A stretch of DNA of 64,000 nt, taken from the NCBI GenBank assembly GCA_050261575.1, contig JBLNDL010000033.1, forward strand, positions 1 to 64,000, written 5' to 3'. Shown in pieces: positions 1 through 8,464 of the stretch. The position numbers were made by a program, and so were the translations under genes. The first letter of the stretch is position 1; the number at the start of each line of letters is the position of its first letter. The DNA comes from Sphingomonadaceae bacterium. Lineage in GTDB: Bacteria; Chloroflexota; UBA6077. The notes under the pieces were generated by a model, which saw nothing but the letters and a program-made list of their open reading frames with translations, searched no databases and was not told where the DNA came from.

Positions 1-206
1 CCCCCCCCCCGGCCCATACCCCTTGCCCCCCCGGCCCCGGGGCCCCACCCGGGCGCCGCGTCCCACGTCTGTCGCCCATCGCGGCCTGGCACTCCGGCAC
101 ATTTGGGTGTGGGGCAGGGGCTTGTTCCTTGCCGTTGGACTCAGGCGGTACCCATTGCAGTCGGGCTGCAGCGCAACTGGGTGCTTGAGTGCGCCGGATG
201 GACCCC

Positions 207-1076
207 TTAGCGCAGCAGGCTGTGGCTCGCCACGGTGATACCGGCCTGGCGAGCGAACTGCAAGGCAGCCTCCGCCTCGGCCACCAACTCCTCCCGGCTG
301 GCCCCGTCGTTGGGGAACTCAGCTATCCCCGCCCTGTACCGGATGCCGGTTCCCTCGGTCACCGCGTTGCAGAGGCGCTCCGCCACGACCTGCGCCCCCT
401 CTGCCCCGGTCTCGGGTAGGATGGCGAGGAAGTTGGACTCGTTACCGCGAACCACGACGTCGATGGTACGCAACCGTTCCATCAGGATCTTGCCTGCAGT
501 GGCCAGAATCTCCGTCGTCGCGTCCGGCCCCTGGTCGCGCACGATGTCCTCCCAATCGTCGGCGCTCAACAGCAGCAGCGACAGGGGCCGCTGATAGCGC
601 CTCGCCCTCTCGATCTCGATGTTCAGCAGCCTGTCGGCGTAGCTGCTCTTCAAGGCGCCCGTAAGTACGTCGTGGCGCGAGAGTTCCGCGATCGTCTCGG
701 CATCTCGCTCCAACTGAGTCCTGATAGCCGTCATCTGTCTCGATATCACCATCCCGAGCAGCGCCGCCACCGCGAGGCACGCGGAGCCCGGCAAAAAGGC
801 GAGAAGGCTTCTCGGCTCCAGGGGAGAGTACAAGAGGACCACCGTTCGGTGGATCTGAGCGCCCACGTAGATGGCAACGCCGACCACCATCGCGGCTATC
901 CCTGACCACCTGAAAGGGTTGGCCAGGGCAGTGGCGACGACGGCCGCGGCCAAGGCCCACCCCAGTATCGCCATGTCTCGAAGGTCCTGCTGGGCGAATA
1001 CCACCGCGGTGGCTACCATCCACAGGGCCAGCAGCCCAACCACGAGCAGGGTTGACGCTACGTGCTTTCCGTTCAA
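207..1076 (-). CDS. Membrane protein (about 4 TM) with a degenerate GGDEF domain; probable c-di-GMP receptor (PelD-like)
   Basis: Hydrophobic N-terminus; D-x-LTG and 'EIERARRY..PLSLLLL' GGDEF-domain hallmarks; RTID (RxxD I-site) intact; active-site motif replaced by GNESN. Confidence 0.85.
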   Translation of the reverse strand: MNGKHVASTLLVVGLLALWMVATAVVFAQQDLRDMAILGWALAAAVVATALANPFRWSGIAAMVVGVAIYVGAQIHRTVVLLYSPLEPRSLLAFLPGSACLAVAALLGMVISRQMTAIRTQLERDAETIAELSRHDVLTGALKSSYADRLLNIEIERARRYQRPLSLLLLSADDWEDIVRDQGPDATTEILATAGKILMERLRTIDVVVRGNESNFLAILPETGAEGAQVVAERLCNAVTEGTGIRYRAGIAEFPNDGASREELVAEAEAALQFARQAGITVASHSLLR

Positions 1077-1233
1077 TGCACTCTCTCCCGTCTATCCTCG
1101 AGGAGTCTCATCGCCTGGGAAACCGGAACCAATCGGGGGAACACCCACTCGTGGCGCTCATCATCGAGCGGGTACCTCTGGACAGAGTCCACGTTTCTCG
1201 CCAGGAGAGTTGACATGAGCCAGAGATGCTAGC

Positions 1234-3441
1234 TTAGGGTGCCTGGCCGGGACTGCTGGACGGCTGAACCGCTCGGTAGGACAGCACGCCAAGCATGATG
1301 GCCGCCACGAGGAGGGCCGCAAGCGCAGCCACCGAGTAGATCTGGCTGCTGTTCACCAACGGTTCCTTGGTGCCCTGCTCAGCCACACCGGCCAACTCGA
1401 TGCCGGCCAGGCTGTCCTTGCCCTGGTCGTCGAGGGTCGAAAGCACCACGTTCCCGGCGGGCAGCCGCCCTGCCAAGGCCCGCACCGACCGCTCGGAGGT
1501 TTCGGCGGAGGTGCCGCTCACTACCAGTAGCGCCTTCTGATCGTTCCAGGGGGACGGTACCAGCTCAACGATCCCCAGACTCGCCGCATCCTTTATCCCG
1601 AGCAGAACCAGTTCCGTTCGTTGCAGGGAGCGTCTGGACTCTGCCTCCAGGGCGAGCGGCAGCTTCGGGCCGACTTCGGCCACCACGCCGTTGTTCTCCG
1701 GCAGGCCGTACGCCACCAGGTTGTACTCTCGCTTCGCCGCGTCGGTGAGTTGGCTGGACAGCCCTGCCCGCATCTCGGTGCTCTGTCCCAGGGATTGGCG
1801 ACCCAGGGCCACGGCGATCTGGAGGCCGTTGGCCAGCATCTCTCCCCCTTCGGGCAACACGAGGTAGCTGTTGGAGGGTGTTCCGTCCGCGACGAAAGGA
1901 TAGGGGTAGTTGATGAGATCCAGCGGTGGCTGCTCCCCGCCGATCGGGAACGAGATCGCAGTGTCCGAGTGCAGCACCGCCCACTGACGCTCCTTGGCTT
2001 CGGGGCCGAGGCTCTTGGCCGGAACTGCGTAGAGATTGAAGCCCACGGCGATGGAGTTGACGCCGGGACGCAAGGAGGCCGCGGGTAGCTGAATCCGTTG
2101 CGTCGAGCGCTCGCTGCCTTGGGGTCTCAGGAACTGGCTCCACACCAGCGTGCCGTTGACCGACACCTGCGCCGAGGAGCGGTCGGGATCGAGCAAGGGG
2201 GAGTAGGTAAGCACCAGGTCCAGGGTTGCCGTCGTGCCGCTGCTCACCGGAGGGGCATCGAGGTTGAAGGCGACGATGTGTTTGCCCGCGCCCTTGACGG
2301 TGGAGTCCGCCATGCCCAACTGCCGCAGGCTGACCTGCGCCGGCCGGTCTGCTCCCTGGGCCTCCCCTTGCCTCAACTCCTCCTGGGCGCGCGAGATGAT
2401 GGCGTATGGGCCCTGCAGGGTCTTCATCCCGAGGCGGGAACTCAGGGTTCGCACCGCTCGGTGCACTCCCTCGTCGTTGCCGCCGCTCACCACCAGGACG
2501 GTGAATCGGCTGTCCCAGGGGGAGCGGACCATCTGCAGCACCCCGTTCTCGGGCGGGATTGGCACATTCCGCTCGTCCACGAAGCCCTGTGCGGACGATC
2601 CCTGGCTCACCTTGAGGGGTAGGCCGGGCGACAGCTCATGCAGGAAGGGGTTCGTATCGGGCCGGCCGATCACCACGAGATCGCTTCCGGCTCGTAGTTG
2701 CTGGTCGACTTGATTGGCGGTGTAGAGCTTCGCCTCGAATGGCTTACCCCCCGATGCCTGCCCGAAGCGGGCCGCCACGCTGGCCGCGGCACTGAAGTCG
2801 CTGGATGACGGCTCGTTGGGCAGGATCACGGCTACTTTGCCCTCGAGCAGGGTTGGGCGCAGGAAGGGCTCGGGGAACCGAGCCAGGTCCGGCTCCGGCA
2901 GTCCCAGAAAGCGCAGGGGCGAGGCGTACTGGTAGTGGATGTGGGATGTCTCGTATACCGTGCTCCACAAGGCCGGATTCTCCTGGTTGACGTGCTCCTC
3001 GCCGCCGAGCAGCATGAGGAACTGGAGTTCGATCAGGTTGAGATCGTGATTCAGCTTCTCCTTGGGTATGCCGATCCTCCAACTGGTTCGCCCGGCGTTG
3101 TCGGCGGTCAATCGGGTGCTGGCCATCGGAAGGCCGTTGACCAGTACGGTAAGCGTGGACGTCTCGGGGTCCAGCTGCTCGGAATGGCCGAACTCCAGGT
3201 GGAGGTAGCTTCCCTCGGCCAGCTCGTATTCCCCGTAACCCGGGAGCCAGAACTCCAGGGTCGGCAGAAAGCCCTGGGCCGTCGTGTCGGCGATCCCGGC
3301 GTCCTTCAAGCTCACGTCCGGCCATGGGACCGGCACGGCCGCGGAGGCGGACAGCGGCCTTCCGAGCAGGAAGATGCTTGCCAAAAGGATCGTGCCGATC
3401 GACACCCCGATCGACCGTTTCGAGAATGCAACGCTGCTCAA
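1234..3441 (-). CDS. BcsB-like polysaccharide co-polymerase subunit
   Basis: Signal/TM N-terminus; two repeats of 'L.L...S..LDP..S...V.VNG' plus flavodoxin-like segments ending SPW; C-terminal TM anchor. TTG start at 3441 chosen for its GGAGAGG SD (ORF track start 3504). Confidence 0.85.
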   Translation of the reverse strand: MSSVAFSKRSIGVSIGTILLASIFLLGRPLSASAAVPVPWPDVSLKDAGIADTTAQGFLPTLEFWLPGYGEYELAEGSYLHLEFGHSEQLDPETSTLTVLVNGLPMASTRLTADNAGRTSWRIGIPKEKLNHDLNLIELQFLMLLGGEEHVNQENPALWSTVYETSHIHYQYASPLRFLGLPEPDLARFPEPFLRPTLLEGKVAVILPNEPSSSDFSAAASVAARFGQASGGKPFEAKLYTANQVDQQLRAGSDLVVIGRPDTNPFLHELSPGLPLKVSQGSSAQGFVDERNVPIPPENGVLQMVRSPWDSRFTVLVVSGGNDEGVHRAVRTLSSRLGMKTLQGPYAIISRAQEELRQGEAQGADRPAQVSLRQLGMADSTVKGAGKHIVAFNLDAPPVSSGTTATLDLVLTYSPLLDPDRSSAQVSVNGTLVWSQFLRPQGSERSTQRIQLPAASLRPGVNSIAVGFNLYAVPAKSLGPEAKERQWAVLHSDTAISFPIGGEQPPLDLINYPYPFVADGTPSNSYLVLPEGGEMLANGLQIAVALGRQSLGQSTEMRAGLSSQLTDAAKREYNLVAYGLPENNGVVAEVGPKLPLALEAESRRSLQRTELVLLGIKDAASLGIVELVPSPWNDQKALLVVSGTSAETSERSVRALAGRLPAGNVVLSTLDDQGKDSLAGIELAGVAEQGTKEPLVNSSQIYSVAALAALLVAAIMLGVLSYRAVQPSSSPGQAP

Positions 3442-3464
3442 CTTACCTCTCCATACCCCTTGGA

Positions 3465-5072
3465 TCATCGCAAGGCGAAGAGACGCCAGCCGCTGGAAGG
3501 CCACTCCTTCAGCAGGTGAATGGTGCTCTCACTTGGGCTATCAGTGACCGTGGTTGGATACTGGCTCAACGCCTTGGATAGACCTTCCAACCTGGGATCG
3601 CGGATCAGGAGGTACTTCGCCGTCGCCTCCCGAGCTTCGGTCCGCGGAGGTCCTCCCGCCTGGATTCGATCGAACATCTCGGGTTGCCCGGTGAAGAATA
3701 CGATGGGATAGCCCTCGGCCAAGTCTACCAGGACACGCCCGCCATCCGCGTTGTCCAGCAGGTAGCGAGATATGCTCCTCTCTTCTTCCCAATCCCCGCC
3801 CCATGCCAGATGATCCACGTGCTGCACCGTGGCGAAGCCCGGTAGTGCGATGGATAGCGCCAGGGCGACTGCTGCTACCAGGCGGATGGCGACTGCTGCC
3901 ACGCGGGACCTCCCCGACCCTGGAGCGTCTCCGGATAAGAGGTGGCCGACGAGGACTATCACGAGGGGGACAGTTGGCAGGAGCCTCTCCGGCCAGGGGG
4001 CGGCGCCGTCCTCGGGGAGCGGCAGTTGCGCCAAGGGCAACAGGAAGGCAATCGCCATCAATGCCAGGGACAGCCTGCGACGGGACAGTCGGAAATCCGC
4101 CAGGAGAAGCGTGGCCGCGACGAACAGCGGCGACAGCGCTGTGAGAGTCCTGGTGGCCGCTCCGGCGGCGGCCGCGGTATCGGTAGCCCAATCCCCCGGA
4201 CTGGCGAGATACGCCAGGGAGCCGGCTGCCTGAACGGCAGCGAGGTAGCCGACCCTGAGCATCTCCTGGGGACCGTAGGGAAGCAGCAGGCTGCACAGGA
4301 CCCAGCCTCCGAGAACGAAGACCACCGGCATGGCGCACGTGACCAGTGGCGCCCAACGGGGCCCGCTGGGTGCCCGGTTGGGGTCACCCTCTAGGAGCCA
4401 GACGAGGACGAGGATCGACCCCGCGTACAGGAGCGGCTGGTGGAGGGCGAGCGAGGCGAGCCCGAGTGAGAAGCCGAGCGAGATCAACGCCTGGAGATTG
4501 CCGGTTCGATGCCACCAGGCCAGGAAGTGGATCGAAGTGAGCACGAGCAGCATCGATACGCTTTCCGACGATCCACCGCTCGTGAGCAGCAGCACCGTGG
4601 GGTTCAGGGCGAAGCAGGCCACCAGAGGGTATCGCCAGCGTCGCGCGATTAACCAACCGGCAAGGGCCCGGTCCAGGACGGCGCAGGTAAGGGCGCTGTA
4701 TACGGCTGCCATGACGATTCCCGATATCCCGTTCCGCGACAGGTATGGTAGCGCGGCGAACGGCAGCTCCAGCAGCGTCGGCAGAAGGGGCTGCGTGGAC
4801 GAGGGGATCGAGAGCAGGGAAAGGTCGCCCGAAAGGACCAGCCAGGCCCGCACCGTACGCTCCATCGCCTCGGGCAGGATCCGGTTCGGCCGTGATGGGA
4901 GCACGAAGGCGACAGCCAGATTCAGGGCAAGGCACGCGAGAAACAGCAGCGCACCCTCACCCGCGAGGCGACGGTGCTGCTGCCGCGTCTTGGCCGGGCC
5001 GACGCTTGAGCTGGCTGGTGTGGGGGTGCTGATGGATTGAGTAAAGTGACGTTCCACTAGCGGGCGGTTCAT
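3465..5072 (-). CDS. GT-C-like (PMT/ArnT-type) polytopic membrane protein, divergent paralog
   Basis: Many TM segments; 'FALNP..L...SGGSSE' motif paralogous to the next two genes. Confidence 0.7.
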   Translation of the reverse strand: MNRPLVERHFTQSISTPTPASSSVGPAKTRQQHRRLAGEGALLFLACLALNLAVAFVLPSRPNRILPEAMERTVRAWLVLSGDLSLLSIPSSTQPLLPTLLELPFAALPYLSRNGISGIVMAAVYSALTCAVLDRALAGWLIARRWRYPLVACFALNPTVLLLTSGGSSESVSMLLVLTSIHFLAWWHRTGNLQALISLGFSLGLASLALHQPLLYAGSILVLVWLLEGDPNRAPSGPRWAPLVTCAMPVVFVLGGWVLCSLLLPYGPQEMLRVGYLAAVQAAGSLAYLASPGDWATDTAAAAGAATRTLTALSPLFVAATLLLADFRLSRRRLSLALMAIAFLLPLAQLPLPEDGAAPWPERLLPTVPLVIVLVGHLLSGDAPGSGRSRVAAVAIRLVAAVALALSIALPGFATVQHVDHLAWGGDWEEERSISRYLLDNADGGRVLVDLAEGYPIVFFTGQPEMFDRIQAGGPPRTEAREATAKYLLIRDPRLEGLSKALSQYPTTVTDSPSESTIHLLKEWPSSGWRLFALR

Positions 5073-5081
5073 CCTCGCATT

Positions 5082-6788
5082 CTACCTCGGCTCCACCACA
5101 CGGAACAGCCTCCACGCCCCCGGTCCCGGAAACTCTCGGACGAGTTGTGCCCATGGGGCCCCTTCGTCGTACAGCGTGGGATAGGCCTTCAGCACCTCCG
5201 AGCGCCCTCGTGCGTCGAAGGAGGGGAAGGGAACGAGTATCTGCTCGACCTGCCCCACGGGCTGGTGCAGGATGGAGAAGAAGTCCTTATCGGTGGTAAG
5301 CACCAGATCCTGCGGGCGGTCCAAGAAGAAGACGATCCCCGATCCCACGGAGGCGTCGATCATCGTGGTGGTTCCCTGAGGTTGACCGTTGAGGAATCGG
5401 GCCATCTCGACGAACTCGTCGAGCTGGCCGCCCTCCCCGGCGTACTGCGCGGTCTCGGGCGCCACCAACAGTGACGCGAAGAGGCGTTGGGGCATGGGCT
5501 GCTGGATTACGCCCCACGCCTGGGCTGGAAGCCCAACGGCTGGAACGAGTAATAGGCCCGCAGCCGCGAGGGCGGCAACACCGCGGGGCCAGCCGTGCGG
5601 GCAGGCCCGGTAGGTGGCGGCGGCCACGACGACGCCGGCCGGCACCATCCAGAAGAAGTAACGGCTCCAGGGTGGCAGCAGGCCTCGCAGGGCGATCAGG
5701 AAGGTGAATGCCAGGATGGACCAGGCCACGAAGAGGAGGGTGAGGTCGGCCCAGCGTCGCCGCCAGATTGCGACGAGCAGGAGCGCTATCGATGCGGGGA
5801 GCACCAGGGGCGCGAGCGAGAGGATTTGGCGCGCGAGCAGGAGGGCCGAGCCCGCCAACGAGCCCTGAGCGTAGTAGAAGAGATGGGTGGGCCCGACGAT
5901 GTGCGCGGTATCCGGGGTGGTGGCGGTGGACCCTGGGCCCACCAGGAAGTAGATTGGGTTTCCGGTGATCTGCCAGTTGGCGAATACCCACAAGGCCAGG
6001 GCCCAGACGGGTGGGGTGATGAATGCCACGATGCTTCCAGACGCCGTGTGGCTCCAGAGCTTGCCCGTAACGACCCACTGCCGCCACGCGATGGCGAAGG
6101 CCATCGCCGCGACCCACGCCAGCGCTTCGTAGCGGCAGTAGATGGCCAGAGCGGCTCCGATCCCTGCCCAGAGCAGCCCTCCTGGCCGGCCGTCTTGCTC
6201 CCACTGGAGGAAGCCGTTGAGGGAGAGGAGGAGGAGCGCCATGAAAGGGGCCTCGGAGAGCCCCATGACGCTGTTGTGGACGATGAGCTGGTGCATCCCG
6301 AAGGCCGTCACCCAGACCAGCCGCCAGGGTAGGGACAGCCCGAAGCGGTGCAGGATCACGTCGATCTGGACGAGGGCGAAGGCGGCGTAGAATGCGCTCA
6401 TGAGCGGGCCGGACAGCAGCGGCAGGCCGAGTGGTTTGAGCAGGAAGAGCAGCGGCAGGTCGGAAAGGGCTGGCAGAGGCGGCCAGACGAAGCCGAGGGC
6501 TGCAAGGTGTGGGTCGCGGCTGAACAGCACGCCGTGGGCCTGGGCGATGCGGGTGATGCCATCCCAGTTGTAGGTTTCGAGCAGGTAGGCGCCCACCCAG
6601 CCGAGGAAGGCGTAGACGAGGAAGCTGGCGACGAAGAGGGGCCAGGCTATCCGTGGCGCTCGGACAGAAGGAGGTGAGAGTGTCTGGGTCACAGGTGGCA
6701 TTGCCATCTCCCGGGTGCATGATCTGATTGTGCCGACTGGGCCCTCGCCGACGAAGTCACGATTGGTCTCTTTCACGAGTCCCCTCAC
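5082..6788 (-). CDS. GT-C-like (PMT/ArnT-type) membrane glycosyltransferase
   Basis: 'WDGITR...RDPHLAALGFVWPPLP', 'GLSE', 'RYE' motifs; many TMs; true start may be the ATG near 6707. Confidence 0.78.
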   Translation of the reverse strand: MRGLVKETNRDFVGEGPVGTIRSCTREMAMPPVTQTLSPPSVRAPRIAWPLFVASFLVYAFLGWVGAYLLETYNWDGITRIAQAHGVLFSRDPHLAALGFVWPPLPALSDLPLLFLLKPLGLPLLSGPLMSAFYAAFALVQIDVILHRFGLSLPWRLVWVTAFGMHQLIVHNSVMGLSEAPFMALLLLSLNGFLQWEQDGRPGGLLWAGIGAALAIYCRYEALAWVAAMAFAIAWRQWVVTGKLWSHTASGSIVAFITPPVWALALWVFANWQITGNPIYFLVGPGSTATTPDTAHIVGPTHLFYYAQGSLAGSALLLARQILSLAPLVLPASIALLLVAIWRRRWADLTLLFVAWSILAFTFLIALRGLLPPWSRYFFWMVPAGVVVAAATYRACPHGWPRGVAALAAAGLLLVPAVGLPAQAWGVIQQPMPQRLFASLLVAPETAQYAGEGGQLDEFVEMARFLNGQPQGTTTMIDASVGSGIVFFLDRPQDLVLTTDKDFFSILHQPVGQVEQILVPFPSFDARGRSEVLKAYPTLYDEGAPWAQLVREFPGPGAWRLFRVVEPR

Positions 6789-8464
6789 TCACCATCCAGC
6801 GAGGCATCCGGATTCTTGGCCCTATAGATCGACAGCCCATCGTCCTGGAATACTGGATCAAAGTGCGATGTTAGCTCCGCCTTGTCGATTTCGCGGGCAA
6901 CTCTGTCATCCGGTGATTCGGGGTGCATGACCACCCACTGGACATAAGCTGACGGGTTCTTCAAGGCTTCTTTCCAGAGGTTGCCGCTAAATGTGCCAAT
7001 GTATTCGTGGAACTTAACACGGGCCTCGAATATGAACTGAGAGAAGGTGTCATCGATCAGGATACCACCCCCATCGTAGTATTCACGCAGGTAAGTTGCG
7101 CCTTCGATAGGTGCCGATTTGGCGCTTGATCCTGCCAAGCCGTCTGTGACTGTCGCAATAGATAGTGGCCATCCCGGAATCCAGAGAGCTGCTTGGAAGG
7201 CTAGCGCCAGCCCAATGGCCGCAGCTACGATCTTCTGTTTCCCCAATGTCATGGCTTGGTCAGCAAGGTACGCGATAAACAATGCGGCGCCAGGTATCAG
7301 GATGCTCCCATAGCGGATATTGAAATACCCGGCGGGTTCACTATGAGGAGTTGCCAGCGTAGAGTGACCAAGCCAAAGCGAGATGATATTGAATGGAAGG
7401 GCAGACAGAAAGACGTAGGTGGCCAGAGAGTTGCCACGGAATCTGGTGGTCAGCGCGTAGACTACGACGCCAACCGATGCCAGGATCGAGCCAGCCCACC
7501 CGATATTATCGATCGCAGCCCAACCGTACGTGGATATGGATAACAAGATGTTGTGCTTCGTATAGAGGGCTCCTGCCTTCAGCGCTTGCTCCTGCTGATA
7601 TGCGGCTGAGAACTCGCCGCGGGCGAACTCCAAAGCATCGCCGTAGATTAGCCAGTTGTAAAACAGCCACATGAACATTGCATAGACTGGAAGGACAAGG
7701 TAGGCAATCGTGATGCCTTCAGTCTTGACTGGGCTCCTCGTATCGAGGTATGCAGTCAACGAAACCACAGCAGCAGAAGCAAACGAATAGAACCAGCCAT
7801 CGTAGCGAGAGCCGACTGCCAAGATAGCGAGGAAGCCGCTCCATAGTAAGTCCTTATAGGTGGATTGCAGGCTCCAACGCAGCAAGAAGTAGGAGGAGGC
7901 AGTCATCGATGCCGACAGCACAGGTTCTGTTAGGGCTGTGCATTGGAGATATAGAACATTGGGATTTGAGATGAACGCGGCCAGTCCAATCCATGCGGCG
8001 ATCTGGTGTTTCGTAATCAACCGAATCGAGAGGAACAGCGTAACTGAGGTTGCCAAGAAAGAGAAGAAACCTACGATGCTCCCAGCAAGACCGGTGTGCC
8101 AAAGGAAATCGATTTGAATAAAAGGCTGCATCAAGATGTGAGGTACAGGCAACCAGACCGTTCCGAATTGCGCTAATCCAGGTGTTCTGGAGTCGAGGAC
8201 ACGCCTGGCGATGTTTAGGTGTGAAATGGCGTCCGAGTATGCCAGAGTGAGATCGTTCTGGTAGAACCAGAGTTGGGCCGTCGCTGCGACAATCGTCGAG
8301 ACGACTACTACCCAGAATAGGGGTTTCATTCCCCAATCCATTGGGCGGAGCGATAGACTGGCTCTTGTCGCTGGGCCGGTCTGAGACCCCCGGGCTGTGC
8401 CTTCCGGTATCCGGCTCGGCGGAGCGGATGGTCCCGGCTCGTGGGGTATGCTCTCGTGTTTCAC
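6785..8464 (-). CDS. GT-C-like (PMT/ArnT-type) membrane glycosyltransferase
   Basis: 'SDAISHLNIARRV.DS.TPG.AQ.GTVWLP', 'NPN..YLQ.TA.TE', 'RYDGW' motifs; overlaps both neighbours by 4 nt. Confidence 0.8.
   Translation of the reverse strand: MKHESIPHEPGPSAPPSRIPEGTARGSQTGPATRASLSLRPMDWGMKPLFWVVVVSTIVAATAQLWFYQNDLTLAYSDAISHLNIARRVLDSRTPGLAQFGTVWLPVPHILMQPFIQIDFLWHTGLAGSIVGFFSFLATSVTLFLSIRLITKHQIAAWIGLAAFISNPNVLYLQCTALTEPVLSASMTASSYFLLRWSLQSTYKDLLWSGFLAILAVGSRYDGWFYSFASAAVVSLTAYLDTRSPVKTEGITIAYLVLPVYAMFMWLFYNWLIYGDALEFARGEFSAAYQQEQALKAGALYTKHNILLSISTYGWAAIDNIGWAGSILASVGVVVYALTTRFRGNSLATYVFLSALPFNIISLWLGHSTLATPHSEPAGYFNIRYGSILIPGAALFIAYLADQAMTLGKQKIVAAAIGLALAFQAALWIPGWPLSIATVTDGLAGSSAKSAPIEGATYLREYYDGGGILIDDTFSQFIFEARVKFHEYIGTFSGNLWKEALKNPSAYVQWVVMHPESPDDRVAREIDKAELTSHFDPVFQDDGLSIYRAKNPDASLDGE

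Noticed and set aside
1..60. Poly-C/GC-rich start as a repeat feature
   Set aside because: Low-complexity sequence, possibly a contig-end or read-quality artefact
207..1076. Active diguanylate cyclase
   Set aside because: The GG(D/E)EF motif is absent
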